A stretch of 64,000 bases of DNA from Eledone cirrhosa (GCA_964016885.1 OZ024743.1:274598001-274662000); one strand, 5' to 3'. Counted from the stretch's first letter, positions 1 to 17,648 are shown. Translations and numbers: made by a program. The notes: generated from the sequence alone by a model not told the origin.

Positions 1-529
1 ACGGGTGATAAAGTTTGTGAGACGGATGGTATCGGTTGTGCAATAAACGGATGGTTTTAAAATAAATGGTATCGGTTGAGATTTAAATGAGGGATGGTTA
101 TACTGGTGGTATCATTTATAAATTAAATAGATGGTCGTACGACGGTTACGTTGTGTTTCGTACAGTGAGCATGTTGCAAGTCCAAAAGGGTAGGAGCTGC
201 TGTAGTAGCAGTAGAAAAATAAGTAATAGGACACAAACTATCACTCTTTTATGGGGTCTAAAATGTACCGGACTGTTTATGGTTTAGGAACACAAGCGTC
301 ATATAAGAGGTGATAGTGTTTATGGTAAGGACAAATAAAATATTTAAAGGGCTGGGGGTGTCTATTGTGTTGTTAAACTAATCATTTAAAAGACCAGAGG
401 ATATATATCTGTGCCGCAGGCAAATTAAAATATATAAGGACTGACTGTGTTTGTGCTGTGGGTAAATAAAACGTATATAAAGACTTATAGATGTTTATTG
501 TGTGGGTATACACACACAATATGTAGTAC

Positions 530-712
530 AAGGCCAGCAATTTAAAGGGGAGAGGAAAGTCGATTAAATCGACCCCAGTGCATCACTGGTGCTTTATTTA
601 TCGACCCCGTAAGGAAGAAAGGCAAAGCTAACCTCGGCGGGAATTGAACACACAACGTAAAGGCCCGTAACTCTACGCCACAAAGCATGGTTTTCGACGC
701 TTTATCTATTCT
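530..712 (-). mobile_element. tRNA-derived SINE (family with ctggtactttattttatcgacccc core)
   Basis: Closely matches copies at 50350-50560 and 55715-55900; B-box-like gttcaattcc on minus strand. Confidence 0.8.
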
Positions 713-734
713 GCGTATTCAACGCCTTAATAAT

Positions 735-768
<34 letters not shown>

Positions 769-2119
769 GAAAGAGGCCAATCTTCAGCACGGATTAACGA
801 GGCGATGTATCCATTGGTCTTTCCATTGCTGATACTATTTGTCGATCGCAACTCTTGCCAGAATCGATCTTCAGATCTGACCAAAAAAACAATGTTTACA
901 TTGATCATTCCATTGCTAAATAGAGCGGACAAAGGAAACATATTTCTATTGTTCATTACATTGCTGTTACTCTTTTCTGGTTGCAACTCCTAGCAGAAAA
1001 TAGGAGCTGATCACTAGTTCACTGCATATCTCTCTCTCTCATTCTCACACACAAGCGCGCGCGCGCAACACATATTTTCCAGTCTAGTTCTCAACAAGGA
1101 AGATGAGAAAAACTTACCTCAACACTTAATTTTAAATCTTTAATTTTTAGTTTTTAATTCTTATTAATTCTCTTTAATTGTAATACTCAAAATTTGATAA
1201 GATGAATTTTACTAATACATCTAAACCGGTAATACTTTATATAAAACTCTTTTTAAAAAGAACTGTCCCTCTCATTTTTTCAATAATGTCACTGTGACGA
1301 ACCAAAGAAGGGAAAAAAAAGAACAACAGACCCTAAATACATTTTCCGCACTATTTCGAATCTCACCTTTTCTATCAATCTATCTATATATATATATATA
1401 TATAATATGTGTATCACACACAAATATCAGAAAGAGGTGGGTTGTGTGAGATACGATATTAGAAATTGTTTATTTAGGAATATTATAATAGGTGGGGAGA
1501 TAAAGAGGTGGAAGTGTTTAGGTTGCATATATAAATATATTTTACATACGTTCCTTTATGATAAGGATTTTAAGTTTTAAACTATTATAAATTTCAGTCA
1601 AAAGATCCTATCCAACTACAAATGGCAGCTGGCTTTGTTGTTTCTACTATTTCTTTTATTATTGTCAAACAACATATTTTATTCCTCACCTCACCAATGA
1701 TAAATAGCGGTTAGTTTTGTGCTAAAAGTACTGACAGCCCTGCATAAAATCACCGGAATAGCAGAGAGAAATCCGTGACCATTCTAGAAATTCTTGGAAA
1801 TATTACCTTAATTAGGTGCTGTAGAATATATAAATAAATCTCACGTACCAAGCAACACAGAAAAAGAATGTACTCAAGTTACAAAAATGCAGTCTTAGTG
1901 ATAGGAAAATTCAAAACAAATATACAATATTACCGTATTTTCCGGTGGATAAATTAAACATTTTTTTAACACAAAGATTGTTGTCAAAATCTCCCTGTTT
2001 CCTATACACCAAAGGTTCGAATACGATACATATACATATATATATATATATATATAAATATATAAATATATATACATATATATATATTTATACATACATA
2101 TATATATAAATATATAAAT

Positions 2120-2151
<32 letters not shown>

Positions 2152-2180
2152 ATGTATATGTATATATGTATATATATATG

Positions 2181-2258
<78 letters not shown>

Positions 2259-2261
2259 TTC

Positions 2262-2479
2262 AATCGATCGACTTTCGTCAAATCGGACCGAGGAAACAAG
2301 GTTTCCGTTGGTCTTTCCAGTTGCTAGTACTATCTATCGGTTGCAACTCCAGGTAGAAGGAGCAACGTGAAATAAAGTGTCTTGCTCAAGGACATAACGC
2401 ATAGCCTGGTCCAGGAATCGAACTCACAAACTCAAGATTGTGAATCCAATTCTCTAACCACTCAGCCACACGCCTTCAC
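2262..2479 (-). mobile_element. tRNA/CORE-type SINE
   Basis: Reverse complement of 15291-15505; A box tggctgagtgg, B box gttcgattcc, ccttgagcaagacact core. Confidence 0.8.
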
Positions 2480-4899
<2,420 letters not shown>

Positions 4900-5058
4900 A
4901 GAATATGTATATATATATGTTTATATATATATGTATATATATATGTATATATATATATGTATATATATATGTATATATATATGTATATATATATATATAT
5001 ATATATGTTTATATATATATATATATATATATACGTATATATATATATATATATATAC

Positions 5059-5118
<60 letters not shown>

Positions 5119-5155
5119 ATATATATATATATATATATGTGTATATATATATATA

Positions 5156-5390
<235 letters not shown>

Positions 5391-5490
5391 ATATATATAT
5401 ATATATATATATGTCTATATTAAATATATATATACGTGTGTGCATGTGTGTGCATGTGGGTGTTTCTGTTTACGCACACACACACACATA

Positions 5491-5550
<60 letters not shown>

Positions 5551-5629
5551 AGCCTTTAATATATTTCCCAAACCTTTTTTTCTTCAAAACATGGAAACAC
5601 GGAGGCGTTCAATGTTCTGAAACTTCCGG

Positions 5630-5709
<80 letters not shown>

Positions 5710-5740
5710 ATATATATATATCTATATATATATATCTATA

Positions 5741-5914
<174 letters not shown>

Positions 5915-6021
5915 TATATATATAGATATATATATATATATATATAGATATATATATAGATATATATATATATAGATATATATATAGATATATAGATATA
6001 TATAGATATATATATATATAT

Positions 6022-6054
<33 letters not shown>

Positions 6055-6195
6055 TATCAAATGATGATGATTTCAAATGAATGAAACAGTTCTAGTCCTG
6101 TAGAATCTCATCTATATTAAAACTGTTATAATCTGCTATGTATTGAGTACCTTACTTACTGTGGTTACCTCCGATTCAACCCGGAATAACGTATA

Positions 6196-6270
<75 letters not shown>

Positions 6271-6287
6271 ATATATATCTATATATA

Positions 6288-6342
<55 letters not shown>

Positions 6343-6406
6343 ATATATATATCTATATAGGGGCCAATAGGGGGAGGTCGTTATATATATATCTATATAT
6401 ATATCT

Positions 6407-6455
6407 GATTCCTGATGATTTCAAATGAATGAAACAGTTCTAGTCCTGTAGAATC
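6407..6455 (+). ncRNA. Type I hammerhead ribozyme motif
   Basis: GATTC CTGATGA tTTCaaatGAAt GAAA CAG ttctagtc CTG TA GAATC: stem I GATTC/GAATC, stem III ACAG/CTGT, GUA cleavage triplet. Confidence 0.8.
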
Positions 6456-6523
6456 TCATCTATATATATATATATATATAGATATATATATATATATATA
6501 GATAGATATATATATATATATCT

Positions 6524-6572
6524 GATTCCTGATGATTTCAAATGAATGAAACAGTTCTAGTCCTGTAGAATC
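6524..6572 (+). ncRNA. Type I hammerhead ribozyme motif (identical tandem copy)
   Basis: Identical to 6407-6455; a third, core-damaged copy with tail lies at 6064-6190. Confidence 0.8.
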
Positions 6573-6575
6573 TCA

Positions 6576-6726
<151 letters not shown>

Positions 6727-6934
6727 AAATATAACATTTGTATAACAAATATGAAATAGCAGATACTCTTACAAAATTGTACACTAAACGTTAATACGAC
6801 AATAAATGTAGATCTGTTGTTATTTTTTTAAATCCAATATTAAATGAAATGGTTTCGATTAAAACGATATACATTGCAAATGTTTAACTTCCAGTAAAAA
6901 AACCATATATATTTATAGTGTTGGTGTTGGACAG

Positions 6935-7210
6935 CCGTCGGTCACGACGACGAGTGTTACAGTTGAATTGATCAACAGAACACCCTGCCCGTGAAATTAT
7001 TGTGCATTTGAGCATTTCAAAGACACGTGTACCCATAACGTAAATCTTAGGGAGATTTATCTCACCACTGTATGTGATGAGGTTGGCCCTTTGAATTACA
7101 GGTAGGATATATTTTTTCCAGCTAAGTGGATGAGAATTAAAGTGTCTTGCTCAAGGATACAACGCATAGCAGTGGAATCGAACTCATAATCTTGCGATCG
7201 TGAGCCGACC
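6935..7210 (-). mobile_element. tRNA/CORE-type SINE, diverged
   Basis: Similar to 34950-35260; aagtgtcttgctcaagga core and B-box remnant. Confidence 0.7.
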
Positions 7211-8507
7211 AAAGATATATATATATATATAATGTTATATTCCTGTGATTGTGTTATTTTATTACAAAGATATAAATTAGAGATGCAAATTAATAGTGAA
7301 ATAGACTTGACTCATTTGCGACACTATAAACAACGGAAGCAAATATCCGATAAAAATGTTACAAGTGAAGACAATATACAATATGGCTTATTATCCGGAT
7401 AAATATGGCTTTGTTATTATAATGATTTATATTACAACTTTAGTGATGCGAATGTGCATTGTAGATTCTGTCGTTCATTATAAGGATTTAAAGTCTGTCT
7501 CCAGTAGATCTTATTTGATAAATATAGTATACAGTGTGCATGCTAATTCCAGTTATACAGGAGTTATTTAAATCATTGTTTTATAGAAACTATTTCCCCC
7601 GCCCCGCTCCCCAACATAACGTGATCTTGGTACAATATATATTTTAAAATGAAACCTTCAGTAATAAGCGTTGTCCAATAAGACGATGTATATACAATAT
7701 TTATATTTTCATCCAGTAACATGGTTGTCTGATTATGATAATATCGAATATAAATGAAAAGTGATTTGTTTACAATTTATATTGCAAATACAACTTTCTA
7801 GTAAAATAGGTCTGTTTACTTCAATAGGTAATGTTGATGATGTTTTCTTTTTAATTCGAAGGTAAGAAAAAAATGATCCGTCGCGATTAAAATGCATGAT
7901 AAAAAGTATATTTCAAACAGATATATATTTGTTAAACACTTTATAAATCTTAATTTTCGATAAAAGTGATTACGGTATGATGTACAATGAGAAATATTTG
8001 ATAAGTACAAGTTGATGATTTAAATCCCTGACAAATATTGACTTGATGGACTCTGGAATATTTTGTAGAATAATGGTTTTACTTAGAAGAACCTCTAGCC
8101 CCAATTAAAATTGCGGGGATGTTAGGTAGTCGTTGGTGAATATTTTGAGCTGTTTCAAATAAACAAGATGGTGGCTCGGATTAAAATACTGTACTTTTCG
8201 TATTTCGATTTGTAAGTTTTTTTTCATATTTTCTCATGTTATTTTTTTCTTTATACCATTCCTTTTCTTTTCCTTTTAATTTTCTTTAATCGATAGTCGT
8301 AAAATGCATAAAAGTTATTGAATGAAGACCGTGTATTTGTTTGATATTTTTCTTGTAAAATCATGATAGAACACAAAATGAAATGTAAAATGTCATTTGT
8401 CAGTTTGCATAGTGTGTGTATTGGAGACAAAGTTTGATTTGAAAGATTGCAACGAACGCAATGTGCAGTATTGTATAATCAAAGTGACATTAAAATAGGG
8501 AACATCA

Positions 8508-8595
<88 letters not shown>

Positions 8596-8960
8596 TCCAT
8601 GCATTTACAACACAGACTCAGCTCAGATTCATATAAATGTTTTGTAGAATTTACTTCCAGCCATTCATACATATATACACGCATAGTTAAGATGTGTGCA
8701 CTGAATCTTGTACACGTATAGATATATCTATGCTTACATATACTCAATAATTTGCATACACAACTCATGCTTCATATAAATAACTCATGTTTTATCATTC
8801 ATCGCCAATTATTTCGTTTCTCATCCCAAGACAACGCACACCTCATATTTCCACAGATAAAGTATCTTTCATTCATTTTATTTCCTTGATTATGTATGTT
8901 ATTTTCCTTTCAATAATAATGTCCAAATGTGTTTTTCCACAAATGAATCTTCTCATATCT

Positions 8961-10055
8961 CTAGCATTTACAACATCCTTTACAAAAGCAATTGGCTGCT
9001 GCACGGGGGATCTCTTGCCGGAAGTTCACATTTAAGAAGCTGTATACAATTGGATTGATGGCGTTGTTAAGAAAATAGGATTTCAAACAAAATTTATAGA
9101 TTAGCTCAGCAGAGGGGTTTAGACTTGATTCAAATTCTCTCCAGATATTTCGCACAACCATAGCAATCAAAAATGGTAGGTAACTGATGACGAAAATGAC
9201 AGACACTGCAAATAAAATAACTGTCGTTCGTCCAACACGTATCTGTTGTCCTTGTCGTGGAACTTTGATCACAGTTGCCGAATGTTTCCTTTGCTTACTG
9301 TTTTCGGGGGTTTCATCAGATAAGTCGATAACGCTAGGTTCATCAGAATCACGTTGCGACGGAAAAGTAGATTGCTGACTAGTTTTCGTGTGGATTTGTA
9401 GATCCTTGCGCTTGCGCACTTCCAGCGACAAACGGATGTAGAGCCCAAAGATAAGAGTTGTACAAATGATGAACAAGAAAAACAAGAAACCGTAGTAAAT
9501 AGTCGGATATTTTTTGTCAACGCTGTCGTCAGTGGAGCAATCTGAACCGTATATACCTGGTGCGACTTCTACGCGTTTTTTACCGAAAAGGACAAAAGAG
9601 GGCCAGGATAAAAGCACTCCAATGATGAGAGCAACTACACAAAGCCATTTGGTTTTGCGAAGGCTGTACTGTAAGCCGACTTTACATATTCGATAGTATC
9701 GATCGAAAGCTACTTCTAGTAATACAATGGCGGAACTTATTGTCGTCACACTCAATGTGAAGCGAAGCAGACGACATGCGAAGGGAGCGTCGAACAAATA
9801 CGGGTTACGGAGATCTGCAATCTCTGTCGGTATTCCAAAAACACAACCGAACAGATCTAAAATCGATAACGTGAGGATAAAGAAATGAGAAGAGGTCTTG
9901 CGTTTCTTCTGACTGTACACCATTAAAACGATAATATTGCCGATGGTGCCCAGTAAAAATAATAAACCCATAAAAACTATAACTGGTAGATACAGTTCAA
10001 ATTTTTCCGTATTTTTCTTTTCAAGAATGCATTGTTCGCTACAATTCGAATCCAT
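8961..10055 (-). CDS. Class A (rhodopsin-like) GPCR, peptide-receptor-like orphan, 364 aa, uninterrupted CDS
   Basis: Seven hydrophobic segments with class A motifs: GN in TM1 (GNIIV), LSILD in TM2, Cys at top of TM3, DRY (AFDRYYRIC), TM4 SWP, ECL2 Cys, TM6 FVISYLP, TM7 NPIVY, helix 8 NFR, Cys-rich C-tail. Good start context (gaaATGg). Confidence 0.95.
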   Translation of the reverse strand: MDSNCSEQCILEKKNTEKFELYLPVIVFMGLLFLLGTIGNIIVLMVYSQKKRKTSSHFFILTLSILDLFGCVFGIPTEIADLRNPYLFDAPFACRLLRFTLSVTTISSAIVLLEVAFDRYYRICKVGLQYSLRKTKWLCVVALIIGVLLSWPSFVLFGKKRVEVAPGIYGSDCSTDDSVDKKYPTIYYGFLFFLFIICTTLIFGLYIRLSLEVRKRKDLQIHTKTSQQSTFPSQRDSDEPSVIDLSDETPENSKQRKHSATVIKVPRQGQQIRVGRTTVILFAVSVIFVISYLPFLIAMVVRNIWREFESSLNPSAELIYKFCLKSYFLNNAINPIVYSFLNVNFRQEIPRAAANCFCKGCCKC

Positions 10056-10349
10056 TTCTTTCTATTTGGGGGATGGTCCACGTAAGATCGTTCAAAGTTG
10101 TAAAAGTAAAGCTATATCAATATTGATATTTGACAGGATGAAAATTCTTTGAGAGAATAGAATAAAAGATTTAGTGTAGCACAACAATCATCATCATGAA
10201 AGGGTGAATTCAGTAAGGTCCCAAAATATAGTTCCGTTGGATATTGTTCTTTCAATTTATGATTATGATGATGCCTATATTCAAAGATTATATTAGTTAA
10301 ATATCTTTCCCTTGTGACTTTCTCTCCTACAGCAACCACTGACGATACA

Positions 10350-10370
10350 GACCTGCAATAGAAAATAGGA
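10350..10370 (-). promoter_or_regulatory. Splice acceptor of the GPCR coding exon (exon starts ~10352; ~297 nt of 5' UTR in this exon)
   Basis: Minus strand reads cctattttctattgcag|gt (pyrimidine tract plus CAG) where unique sequence gives way to repeats. Confidence 0.6.
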
Positions 10371-10454
10371 AAAATATATGTAAAATAAAAGATATATAAT
10401 AAAACATGTATATATATATGTGTGTGTTTGTGTGTGTGGGTGTGTGTGCGCGTT

Positions 10455-10611
10455 GATTTTATTAAGGCTGAATATCGAGTCGTGTTACTCTGGTAATCAC
10501 ACGGTCATCAGACAAGAACTTGTTTGGTGACCCTGTGATAAGCCAGCGAAACTGCAGAGTAACAAGAATCGCAATATAACCTTAATAAAATGAATATTAA
10601 GTCTACCACAT

Positions 10612-10617
<6 letters not shown>
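10455..10617. mobile_element. Diverged fold-back mini-element with hammerhead remnants and short tail
   Basis: Arms attttattaagg..gttactctg / cagagtaac..ccttaataaaat; CTGATGA on minus at 10505-10511; GAAActgcag at 10548. Confidence 0.6.
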
Positions 10618-10631
<14 letters not shown>

Positions 10632-10653
<22 letters not shown>

Positions 10654-11021
10654 AAAATTAAGATAAATCAAAATGAATTTAATCTAAATCAAAATTATGG
10701 GTGTCATGCCAGAAAGACATGCACCATATCATCCGCAAAATAAGCTCTAAGATTCTAACGAATAGGTCCGAGCATTTTATAATAACTAGAAATTGATTAA
10801 CATATAAATAAACATGAATAATCACAGGAGATAATTTTTACAAGTGTGTAAGCACACATAGCTAGGTAGGTAACTAAATAAAGTTAACCAGAACTTCAAA
10901 AATAGATACCTTATAATATGATTAATCTTTAGTTACCTACCTAGCTATGTGTGCTTACACACTTGTAAAAATTATCTCCTGTGATTATTCATGTTTATTT
11001 ATATGTTAATCAATTTCTAGT

Positions 11022-11028
<7 letters not shown>
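10632..11028. mobile_element. Fold-back mini-element in (TA)n: ~100-bp perfect arms plus one-sided tail
   Basis: 10778-10878 is the reverse complement of 10928-11028; flanked both sides by (TA)n; no clear ribozyme core. Confidence 0.75.
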
Positions 11029-11060
<32 letters not shown>

Positions 11061-11544
11061 GACATTACGATTAAAGGTGTGAACTCGGAGTGCAGAAAGA
11101 CGGAAAGAGACCGCGAAGCATTCTGTCCAGCTATCTAACGACTCCACCCATTTGCCGCCTTAACCATGAATATATTGACTTAAAAAAGAATTAATAAAAA
11201 AACAGATTAGAAACATAAATATTTTTATGATTATCTAACATATTTTGGTTCTTTTAAAGAGAGGGAGAAATGATATTTCATAATGTTAATCCCCTCCCAT
11301 TCTCATGAGGATTAGAAACATAAATAGAGACAGCTATAATTAAGCAATAAAAACCACCTTGTATACATTCAGTAATGTGGAAATTACTTCTTTACCAAAT
11401 AAATTCCGCAGTAGATCACCGTCAGGTTTAGTTTAGTTACGGCTTTCGAGGTCAATAAATATAATTGTTTCTACTTTAGGCACAAGGCCAGCAATTACCC
11501 AGTTCATTAAATAGCAATCAAATACTAGGGTCAATTCTTACCCC

Positions 11545-11587
<43 letters not shown>

Positions 11588-11709
11588 CGCTCGCTCGCTC
11601 TCTCTCTCTCGTTCGCACATATTCGTCTGTGTTCAGACCTAAAGATGCTCATAGCATGCCGTATGTTACGACGGCGCCCCAACGACTCAATCGAAAAAAA
11701 AGAAACGGC

Positions 11710-14326
11710 AATATATATATAGTGCAAATTTATACGGGAACAAAACAGAGAGGCAGACAAATAAAGGTTTATTAGGTTCACGCTTTTGAGAGTGGGGGGG
11801 GGGGGCGTATAGGGCATAAGCCCTTCTTCAGGAGTAAATAGGTTAGGAAGAGGGTTCAGAGGGTGTGTGGAAATACATTTAGAAAAAAGGGGGAAGGAGA
11901 ACAAATAAAAATAAAAATAAACGTAAAAATAAACATAAGAATATAGTGGTGGAAGGGTGTGAGGTGTGTAAGGGTGGTGGCGGGTGGAGTTGGGAAGCAA
12001 GGGAGGCTGAAGGTGGTGTTTGTGTAGGTGTACGTGTGTGTGCGTATGTATGTGAGAGTTTGAGGAAGAACGAGGTTCCATGTTCAGGAAAAGGTGTGGC
12101 GTGGGGTGGGGTGTAAGTCGGTGTGTGTGTGCGTGTGGAAGGAGAGGGGTCAGGGGTGGGGGAGGTGGCATGTGGATTCCGGAGGTTGTGTATATGTGGG
12201 GGGTACGCACGTGTGTGTTTGTGTTTATATGTGGTGTGGATGTGGGTGGCGTGGTGCGAAAAAAATGTGTGAGTGTATGTTCGTGGGTAAGTTCCTGAGG
12301 TAGTTCCGTCGGATGTGTGAAGAGTGCTGGATATTTTTCAAGATATGGAGTGGATGGCTGGAGAGATGACCGAAGGTGTAGAATCCAATGTTGGTGTTGG
12401 TCGGAAGTGGTGGGAAGTGGGGTGCGCGCGCAACAGGAAGTGGTCAGAGAGTCAAGACAGGGAGAAGAGATAGCAGTAAAGCGGGATGACAGGTGGAGTG
12501 AGGTGAGGACTGTGTGTGCGGAGGTGCGGTGGACAGGGGAGAGGATGGGTAGGTGTGAAGGGTGGAGGGGGAAGGTGGTGAAGTGGGGCGATTAATAGAG
12601 GTGTTAGTGGCATGTGTGTGCGTGAAGGGGTGTGGGTGGAGCGGGGAGAGGGAGAGAGAGACGGGGAGAGAGAGAGGGAGAGAAGATGCGTTGGGGACGG
12701 AGGAGGGAGTGTAGTGTACTGGTGTGTGTGTGCGTGTTAGGGGGAGGGATGGGGATGTTAGTATAGTTAGTTGGGGAGGGCCGAGAGGTGGAGTGGGGGT
12801 GTTAGTATGTTAGTTGGGGGATGGGACGGGGGGGGTTAAAGGGGAGGTGTGTTAGAGGTGTTAGTGGGGAAAAGGTGGGGGAAGGGGTGGGCGATCGAAG
12901 GCTAAAGGAATAGGGGTGGGGGAGTTCAGGCCGAGGTGTGTGTGGAGGGTGAAGATGGTGCGTTGTTCGACCGTGATGCGGGTGGCGGGTGTTCCATGGC
13001 ATTGGAGAAGGCCACAGACTGTGAGGTGGTGGGCGGAATGTCCAGGGGAGCGAAAGTGGCGGACGATCGGGGAACTCCCGCCGAGGCGAATATCCCGGAG
13101 GTGTTTCGTGAAACGGTCCGCCAGGCGACGTCCAGTATGTCCGACGTAAGTTGCGCTGCATTCAGTGCAGCGAAGTCCATAGACTAGGTTGGAGGAGGTG
13201 CAGCGGAAGGCGTGCCGGACAGAGAGAGAGCGGCCGTTGGGACCATGGAAGGTGGTGGTGTTGGTGATATGGGGGCATGTGTGGCAACGGAGCCTGATGA
13301 AATGGCTGATTAGGGAAAGGGCTTGGGACTCAAAGTCAGTATCTCGGCTGCAGAGGCGGCGGATCCGGAGGAGTTGGGTATAGGGAATAGAGTGTTTAGT
13401 GTGTGTAGGGTGGGAGGAGGTGAAGTCGAGGTAGGATTGGGAGTCGGTGGGTTTGAAGAAGGCGGAGGTGACGAGGGAACGGTGGGAGGGGTTGATGGCG
13501 ATGGATATGTCTTAGAAGTGGACATGGGTGGTGGAGATAGAGGTGGTGAAGTGGAGGGAGGGTTGGAAGGGGCAGAAGAAGGAGAGAAAGGAGTCGATCT
13601 GTTCTCGGTTGAGGGTCGTGGCTCCGATACAGTCGTCGATGTAATGTATAGTTCGGGCGTTGGGCCGGTGTACTGGACAAAGATATGGGCCTCAACATGG
13701 CCAACGAAGAGGTTGGCATAGTTTGGGCCCATTCTTGTGCCCATGGCTACCCCCGTGACCTGTTGGTAAAACTCACCCGAGAAGGAGAAGCAGTTGAGGG
13801 TGAGGACTAGCTCGGCAAGGCGAAGGAGGGGGGGGCGAAGGTCGAGGTAGTGCCGGAGGGCACGAACGCCGTCGGCGTGGGGGATGACAGTATAGAGGGA
13901 CTGGATATCTAGGGTGAAGAGGAGGGGATGTGGGCCGGGTAGGAAAGTGAAGGAGTCGAACAGGCGAAGGGCGTGGTTGGTGTCGGAGATGTGAGATGGG
14001 AGGGTGGTGACGAGGGGGGGGGTGAGGATGGAGTCAAGAAAGGCGGAGATGAGTTCAGTGGGGCAGTTGCAAGCAGACGATAGAGCGGCCGGGGTTGTCA
14101 GGTTTGTTGAGTTTGGGGAAGAAGTAGATAGTAGGGGTGCGGGGGGTGTGGATGATGAGGTGGGAAGCGGTGGGAGGAGGGAGGAGGAGACAAGGTGTTT
14201 GATGGTGGAGGAAACTTGTTCTTGGTAGAGGGGTGTGGGGTCAGAGGGTAGAGGGCGGTAGAAGAGGGGGTTACGGAGCTGCCTGAAGGCTTCGCCGTGT
14301 AGAGGTCAGTGCACCATACCACCACC
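11710..14326 (-). mobile_element. Penelope-like element (Neptune-like), 5'-truncated, frameshifted; RT plus C-terminal GIY-YIG and pLTR
   Basis: Minus-strand peptides GVAMGTRMGPNYANLFVG (RT) and FRCTSSNLVYGLRCTECSATYVGHTGRRLADRFTKH (GIY-YIG); damaged hammerhead at 11805-11832. Confidence 0.9.
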
Positions 14327-14353
14327 ATACTCTAACCACTCAGCCACACGCCT

Positions 14354-14426
<73 letters not shown>

Positions 14427-14429
14427 TAT

Positions 14430-15505
<1,076 letters not shown>

Positions 15506-15555
15506 TCCTAAATATATATATATATATATATTTAGGAACGATCGATATATATATA

Positions 15556-15678
15556 ATTATAAGAACAGATTAAAGTTTAAGCAAAGAATCGCTGCTTTCA
15601 CCGTTAAGGGTGAAAGCAGCGATTCTTTGCTTAAACTTTAATCTGTTCTTATAATAAATAGCTGCTCGACAGGTTTTT
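15556..15678. mobile_element. Perfect 47-bp-arm hairpin element with short tail in (TA)n
   Basis: 15556-15602 is the exact reverse complement of 15609-15655; 6-nt loop adjacent to GAAAgc. Confidence 0.8.
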
Positions 15679-16127
15679 ATATATATATTTTATATATATA
15701 TATATCATTTAAGTTAGTTTGATTACCAATGGATAGAACTGGTGGTTCTTGTTGGTAAACCATCATGCAACAAATCAATCAAAGGACTAAATGTTATGCA
15801 GGTCATCCATCGTAGATGTGTTACCCAGTGGTTGGTGCAGGAACGGAGTAAAGTATTCATTATACAAAAACAGAAAGCTGAATTTTAATTCCGTGAAATC
15901 ACTAAACATATTTTGATGGCCCAGCTCCGTCATTGAATTATGATAACAAACAGAACGATCCCATCAGGCGACATCCACAGAATTACTTAACAGAGTTACG
16001 TTGCACCCAAACATATAATAGAAGATGCAGAAAAGAGAAGAGAAAATTGAAAATTCGATTCGGGGACTGCGTGTAAAAAGCTGTTATATTTATATGAGGC
16101 AGTCCCAGATTCAAAGACTGCCTCCAG

Positions 16128-16169
<42 letters not shown>

Positions 16170-16229
16170 ATTTATATATATAAAATAGTAATATTAATGA
16201 GAGTAAATTTTACTCATTTACTGGGTGTT

Positions 16230-17272
16230 TTTTTAGCTCAATGCAATGACAGTATAATGCAGATCCGTTATATAGTTACAATCTGTTTACAAACCAAATA
16301 ATTTACGAGTTCAAGAGATTTAATAACTGACAATTGTTTCTTCCCGTGGTGATTTGCCATATATAGCAAATTTAAGAATTTGCCATTAATGAATATAGAC
16401 TGTGGTTGTCAGCAGAGTTTAATTAAAATACAAATACTAATTACTCAAGTATAATAGAACAAATAATATATATATTTCACTGATGAAAGGTTTACAGCTA
16501 GAAATATAGTTAACAAACATCGTAGTCAGAAAAAATATAGTGTCAGTTGTGTCTCCTTGAATGAATTGGAGATTATAATTTTAAAAATGGTGTCATTAAA
16601 AGTATTCTTAAAATTAATTTAAATATATAATTTTTAACAAAGCAATATTCATATATTGATATAATCTCCAATTCATTCTAAGAAACACAACTGACACATT
16701 TCTGACTTCGTAGTCGGGAAGATATGGTAGTCAGAAAAGTATAGTGCCAGTTATGTTTCTTAGAATTAATTGGAGATTATAGTTGAACTATGAATATTGC
16801 TTTGTTAAAACTTTATATATTCAAATTCAATTTAGGAAAACTCTTTATAAAAATGACATCATTTTTTAAACTATAAAGTCATTATAGAAACGCAACTGAC
16901 ATGTTTTATATATATATATATATATATATTGTTTGCTTTTTCTTTTCTTACTACGATGTTTCTTGAACTATATTTGTGACTGTAATTTTTTATCTTGATA
17001 TTTTGATGAGTGATAGAATATATATATACTGTGTGTTCTATTTTTCTGGATGGCCTTTATCTGTATTTTAATTAAACGCTAATGAAAACCATGTTCTATA
17101 TTCGCTAATGGCAAATTCTTAATTAAAATAATTTGCTATATTTGGTGTATCACCATGGGACGAAACAATTATCAATAATTAAATGTCTTGAACTCTTAAA
17201 TTCTTTGGTTTGTAAAAAAAATTGTAACTATATAATGGATCGGCATTATCCTATCAAGGCACTGAGCTAATA
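16230..17272. repeat. Old ~1-kb imperfect palindrome centred near 16715, with a nested hairpin
   Basis: 16232-16400 matches rc of 17090-17270; 16540-16700 matches rc of 16740-16900; CTGATGA..GAAA at 16480-16504. Confidence 0.75.
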
Positions 17273-17602
17273 TTATATATATATATAAAGATTTGTATGT
17301 ATATATTATATATATATATAATTATATATATAAATATATGTATATATATATAATATGTATGTATATATATATGCATATATATATATGTATATATATGTGT
17401 ATATATGTGGATCTAAATATATGTATATGTATATGTATATATATATGTATGTATATATATATATATATATGCATATATATATGTATGTATATATATGTAT
17501 ATATGTGCATCTAAATATATTTATATGTATATGTATATACATGTTTATATATATATCCATATCGAGCCCTCTTTAGATTTTAGTCTTCAAATTTATTATT
17601 AT

Positions 17603-17648
<46 letters not shown>

